A stretch of DNA of 64,000 nt. Origin: the human T2T-CHM13v2.0 reference genome, Homo sapiens. Positions within the stretch are counted from its first letter, which is position 1. Each line of letters starts with the position of its first letter. The stretch lies in NCBI RefSeq assembly GCF_009914755.1, contig NC_060944.1. The stretch is one strand, 5' to 3'. The position numbers were made by a program, and so were the translations under genes. The notes beneath the pieces were generated by a model that searched no databases, was not told where the DNA came from, and saw only the letters and a list, made by a program, of their open reading frames with translations. Below are positions 57,641-64,000 of the stretch, one piece after another.

Positions 57641-58522
57641 TTTCACTGCTCTGGGACGGGACAGGGATCCCTCAGTTTTATTTGGTCCTGTCATATTCCT
57701 GCCCTACCTGGCACCGGCACCAAATCTCTTCTCTGAGCCTCTCCACCCTGGCTTCCTTGCTTGCACAGCTGATTACCCTCACCACACAGGGCCTCCCTCT
57801 GGCCATGAACACAACCCAACAAAGCAAAGCTACACTGCATTCTTTAGTCCCTCTCCTCTTCCACTTTCCTAATGAAAACTTAGTTGTTTCCTATTTCATT
57901 TCCGTGGTGCTCTATCTCCTTTTGGTTAGCAGATTAATGAGAGCAAACTGATCAAATACCCATGTCCCTACAGTCACTCTCTCAAAGATTCTCATGAATA
58001 AACTCAGTTAAATAGAGTAACATGAATTACAAGAATTTCAGGCTCTACTGTCTAATGAGACAAAGCTTCCTTTCCGCTACCCCCTCCTCTCCCTCTCTCT
58101 TTCTTCCTGGCAAAGAGAAGAGGGGATGCTGGCACCACAAACCACAAAAAGAAGGTGCCCATTTCACCTTCCTATGAGGCAAGCCCCTTGGTTGACCACC
58201 AGAGCAGTTTTACCTGTGGGCTTACCCCAGCCTTCATCTCACACCAAGGAGTAAAACTGCCAGTTTGCTCAAGTTTAAGGGTGTTTAACGAAACACAGTC
58301 CAGTGACTGCAGTGAGCACAGTGGTTCAAGGCTGGGTGCTGGCCTGCCTTTCTTGCCTCCCTGGTGGACAGTCTCTAATCCAACTGTGCCTCTGCACTGC
58401 TCCTCGCACTGTCATGCTTTTACAAGTCAGTGGGGTCATCACCAGCATTTCTTTTTACATTAAAAAAACCCAGAATTTTAAAAGGACAATTTTATAGCAT
58501 GTAAATTATATTTCAGTAAAAC

Positions 58523-58783
58523 TTTTTTTGGAGACAGGGTCTCATTCTGTTGCTCAAGCTGAATTGCAGTGGCATGATCATGGGCAATCCTCCTACCTTT
58601 GCCTCCTGAGTAGCAGGATCTACAGGTGCACACCACCACACCGGGCTAATTTTTAAAATATTTTGTAGAGATAGGGTCTCAATATGCTGACCAGGCTGGT
58701 CTCGAACTCCTGGGCTCACGTGATCTGCCTGCCTCATCCCCTCAAAGTGCTAGGATTACAGGCATGAGCCACCGTGCCTGGCC
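58523..58783 (-). mobile_element. AluJ with internal deletion
   Basis: Reverse-complement Alu; flanks aaaact(t/a)tttt. Confidence 0.88.
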
Positions 58784-58828
58784 AAAACTATTTTTAAAAG
58801 ATTAGAGAATAGAAAATCGAGTGCATCA

Positions 58829-59160
<332 letters not shown>

Positions 59161-59335
59161 ACCTTTGAATTAACAATGCAAACATATACACGTGTGTGTA
59201 CTAGGCACAATATAGTGTTTTTATCACTATGAGTTATGGTTGCAAGATTACAAAACTCTAGTTTCAGCAGTCAGGAGCTGGCCTAAGGTAAATTCCTTGT
59301 GTAAGGAGAGCTAGCAAACCCTTTGGAATGCTTCA

Positions 59336-59690
<355 letters not shown>

Positions 59691-60649
59691 GAATTCATTT
59701 CATGAAGCCTAACTCCCAAGATTCTACATCCAGCTGGAAATGACAGGGTTAGCAAGGCCTTACCCTGGGTTCACCTATTCCTGTGTGCATGTGTGCGCAT
59801 GCGTGTTTGTATAGGAAGGGTGGGGGTGGGTAGGTAGGGGGTGTCAGGGAGAACAGGGGCTGCTAAAGAATGTGATCCTCATGTTCCTAGGCCCCTGGTT
59901 GAATATCATCTCATTCTCCATCCCATGCTTAACAATCCAACGAGTGCCCAGGTTTACACAAAAAGATGCTGAGTTCAGTTTTGCACTTGGACAGGCAGGT
60001 GGAGCTGCTGAGTGTATGGCTGGAAATAAAGGTTTGGATCACAGGAGAGGGTTGGGATGGAAAAATAGATTCTAGAGTCATCAAAAGTTGAAACAACAAG
60101 AAAGAATAGCATGCCCAGGAAGGAGTATAAAACTAGAAGGACATAAGACCAATAAGATATGACTGAGGAATAGTTAAAGATTAGAGGAGTCCTTAATAGT
60201 TTTTTAAAAATTAAAACCCCAGGAACTACATAATGACTGGTCATGAAAATCAGTGGTCCTCAAGGAATAGCAGAAGATTCCTAACTCTTCAGGTTGCAGA
60301 TGTCTTAGAGTTGGCTATGAAAATCATTTCCTAGTCTCATTAATACTATCACAATTTCTTAACTAAGCATGTGGGTGACTCAAATGGCCTTAATCCTAAA
60401 ACGGAAAATAACTGTCCAGATAAAGCCTCTCCAAGTCTCAGGAAGATTTGAACAAACACGTCTGCACTGGATGTGAGGTTCCACTTTAGAACTCTGCCAC
60501 CCATCTTCTCTAAGAAGACCAATTCCCCACCTGTGGCGGGGAGCACAGAAAGAGGTAAGCAGGGAAGAAGGCTCAGGAAGCTGGGCCACACCATTTTCCA
60601 AGGGTTTTCATTTCCATTTCTGGAATCCTCGGACTACCAGGTCAAACTA

Positions 60650-61090
60650 ATTGATACTGAAAGGTATGGGCACATGACTACGTAATACAATGCAGGATCC
60701 TTGACTGGATCCTAATGGGGGACAGGGAGTTGGGGGTGGGGAGGCTACAAATAACATTTTCATGGGAAAATTTTAAAAAGGACTGCATATTGGGTTTTAC
60801 ATCAAGTTTCCTGAGTGATATAATTACACTGTGATTATTCTATGTAGGAGAATGCCTTTTTCCTTAGGATAAATATGTAAAGTATTTATGGGTGAAGCAT
60901 TACTGTGTCTGTAAGTAACTCTCAAATGGTATTGTCACAAAAAAAGTCATATATAGAGAGACAGAAAGTTATAAAGCAAATTTGTCAAAATGTTAATAAC
61001 AGGTGGTTCTAGGTGAAGGGGGGATGGGTGTTCATGGTATTGTTCTCATACCTGTCTGTAGGTTTGATACTTTTCAAGATAGAAAGGACT
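60650..61090 (+). mobile_element. Old L1M 3' end
   Basis: caatgcaggatccttgactggatcct...tgtaggagaatgcc...aaagcaaatttgtcaaaatgttaa. Confidence 0.7.
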
Positions 61091-61896
61091 ATAAATCCTT
61101 TAAGTATAAAAAATGTTTTTAATTTCTACAGGTTCCAACTCCCTTCCATTAGAATGGAGAACAAAGAGTTGACTCAAAAATGCCTCAAAACATTCTTTAA
61201 TACTATTCCCATTCACAAATAAAGGAATTTATTTGCCAAAGAGAAACTGAATTTCAAGTGCACAAACCAAGTCAGCCTCTATCCCACACTGAGTTCCTGA
61301 GTTATTATATAAATTAACACAAGTTAGATGTTATTTTTAACATAAACCTTCCATATGTTGTTGGATACTTTACCTGAATTCTTTATTTTAAAGGGTGTAT
61401 TAGTACTAAGGAGTTTTACACAAATACCAAGGGTTAATGGCAAATTTACTTATTTATAGCTAATACAGAGAGACAGCATGGATAAACCACATGTAAGACT
61501 TATTGTGTAAGACTTATTGTTTTAACTAGTAAATTTTAATTTTAATCAGAACTATTAGTAAAATTGACAAAATTTCATCTCTATCTACTTTCATTCCTAA
61601 AGAAGATTCTATTTAATAACAAAAAGGAAAGAAGTGAAATGAAAATATCCAAAGTACTCAAGTATGAATACTTGACCAAATGAAAACTGACTTTAATGCA
61701 GGCAAACAGTTTTTGAGAACCTACTATGTACAAACCTCTATGAGGAATTCAAGGTACAAAGAATGGGCCATGCACCCATGAGGACCACAATTTTGTAGGA
61801 AAAGACAAACATTTAGAACACTGAAGGAAAAGAATAATGGTTGACTCTGTCTCACCTTGTCCCAGCTGCTAATGCCTCAATTCAAAGACTTATCTC

Positions 61897-62498
<602 letters not shown>

Positions 62499-62556
62499 CT
62501 AGTCAGTCCACTGCAATAGCCTCTGAATTCCTTACTCCATCAGACCCCTCTAAAAG

Positions 62557-62726
62557 AGTAGTTCTCAAACTCAGATACGCACTGGAATCACCTGGGAAAT
62601 TATCAAAAATCCAATATCTGGGCCTCTCCTTCAGAAAATCTGATTTTACTGTTTGTAGCCTGGGTACTGGTATTTTTATAAGCTCTTCAGATGATTCTAA
62701 TACACAACAAAGTTTGAGCACCACTC
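62557..62726. mobile_element. MER5A hAT relic
   Basis: gtagttctcaaact...gaatcacctggg...cagatgattctaat...aaagtttgagcaccact. Confidence 0.8.
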
Positions 62727-64000
62727 AACCAACCTCTGCTGCTGGAGTATAGAGTACAAACCACTTTCCTGCATTAAAACCTCTGATGACTCCTCACAGC
62801 CAACACAAACCCAAACAACTCACCACGATCTTTAAAGCCTTTCTCAACATCTCCAACCTATCCCTCCTCCAGCCCCTCACCTACCAGTACTCCATGGCTC
62901 TCCACCATACTCCAGCCAGAATGAACTTATCATTTGCCTCTGAGCCCCCAGCAACACATTTCTTATGCATAAAAGGCTCTCCAAACTCACAAACACTAAT
63001 CTCAGTCTCTGATTATCAAACTCCAAATCAATTTTCAAGTACCCATTTAAAAGGTCTTCCTTTCAAAAGCCTTAACCTACTCCCCTGGCTTAACGGTTGA
63101 TCCTTCTTCTTGAGTCTTAACAAAATTTGGACATAGCTCTAATCTGACATTGATCATGATGCTTGTAGTGGCAGTTTACCTTTCTGTCTCTTCTAACACA
63201 AAGTGCATTCCACAAAGGGAGAGATCATGTGCATTCCCAGGGCACGTGAATGACTGAAACACAATGAATTTTCAATAACTGTTTGCTAAATAAATGGGCA
63301 TCACACACTTGTGGAATAAATGAATAATATAAGAAAAGACAAAGGCAATTCAATATGAAATGCCCAATTAGTTACAGAGGGAAAATCTAACCCAAGAAGT
63401 GCTGTGGGGAGAGAGATTGCTTCAAGCTGATATGGAAAGAGAAGGCTCCATGAAGACACGGGTCTTGCTCTCAAGTCTCATGGAAGGAAAATATCTGGAT
63501 GGGCCAAGAGGGAGGGGCAGAAAACAATAAGCATGGGAAACAGTACAAAAGTAGACCATTCCACAGGAAAAAAAAAAAAAAAACACCTCATTAAAAAAGC
63601 TCAGTGCTTTAAAGCAAAGGTTTACTTGCTTACACTATGTAATCATTACATATTTCTTTAAAAAGAAAAGGTATCTGCCTAGAAGGGACACACATCACTT
63701 CCACTGAAATGTCAATATCCAAAGCAAGTTACACAGCCATGCCCAATTTCAAGGTGTGAGAGAGAATGTAACCCTACTATGTGTCCTTAAGGAAGAGAAC
63801 CAGAATACTGGAGTCCTAATGACCACACGATGAAAGAGTCTAGCACCATACCTGGCACATAGTAAGCACTCAGTGATTGACAGCTATTATTATCATGATT
63901 ACTGAGGGATCTGGGGAAAAAATCTATCCTAATAACCCTAAGTCATATAAGCACATGTGAAAAACATCTTATGCACATTATTTAAAATAAAGCAAAGGTT

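Noticed and set aside
61492-61519. Perfect 14-bp tandem duplication tgtaagacttattg (similar cases at ~31065-31127, 41223-41258 and ~43027-43048)
   Set aside because: Common replication-slippage duplications with no sign of function.

Overview
This is hominid (human/great-ape) genomic DNA: it contains an SVA, AluY/S/J elements, L1PA elements and a HERV-W LTR. It reads as intronic sequence of an unidentified minus-strand protein-coding gene. I can support one 56-nt coding exon (7103-7158, NKYLPSIDENENTEKREA) and a speculative duplicated 15/16-nt micro-exon pair (14341-14355, 13138-13153). The rest is mostly mobile DNA: an RPL12 processed pseudogene with an open ORF, inserted into a MIR; two 5'-truncated L1PA4/5 elements; an old ~4.7-kb L1M; a full-length SVA with extra 5' sequence inside its TSD; solo LTRs (LTR10B-like, MER51, LTR17/HERV-W, LTR41-like, MLT1); a 5.5-kb two-LTR HERV-IP10-type provirus lacking most of pol; about 20 Alus; and MER DNA-transposon relics. 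Almost all ORF-track entries are repeat-derived or chance ORFs. I found no convincing new biological system. The best leads are small mechanistic footprints: the duplicated micro-exon cassette, a microhomology-mediated pol deletion, SVA and L1 transductions, reuse of one target site by an Alu and an L1, and possible L1-L1 gene conversion. Repeat subfamily names come from recalled consensus motifs, not from a database search.
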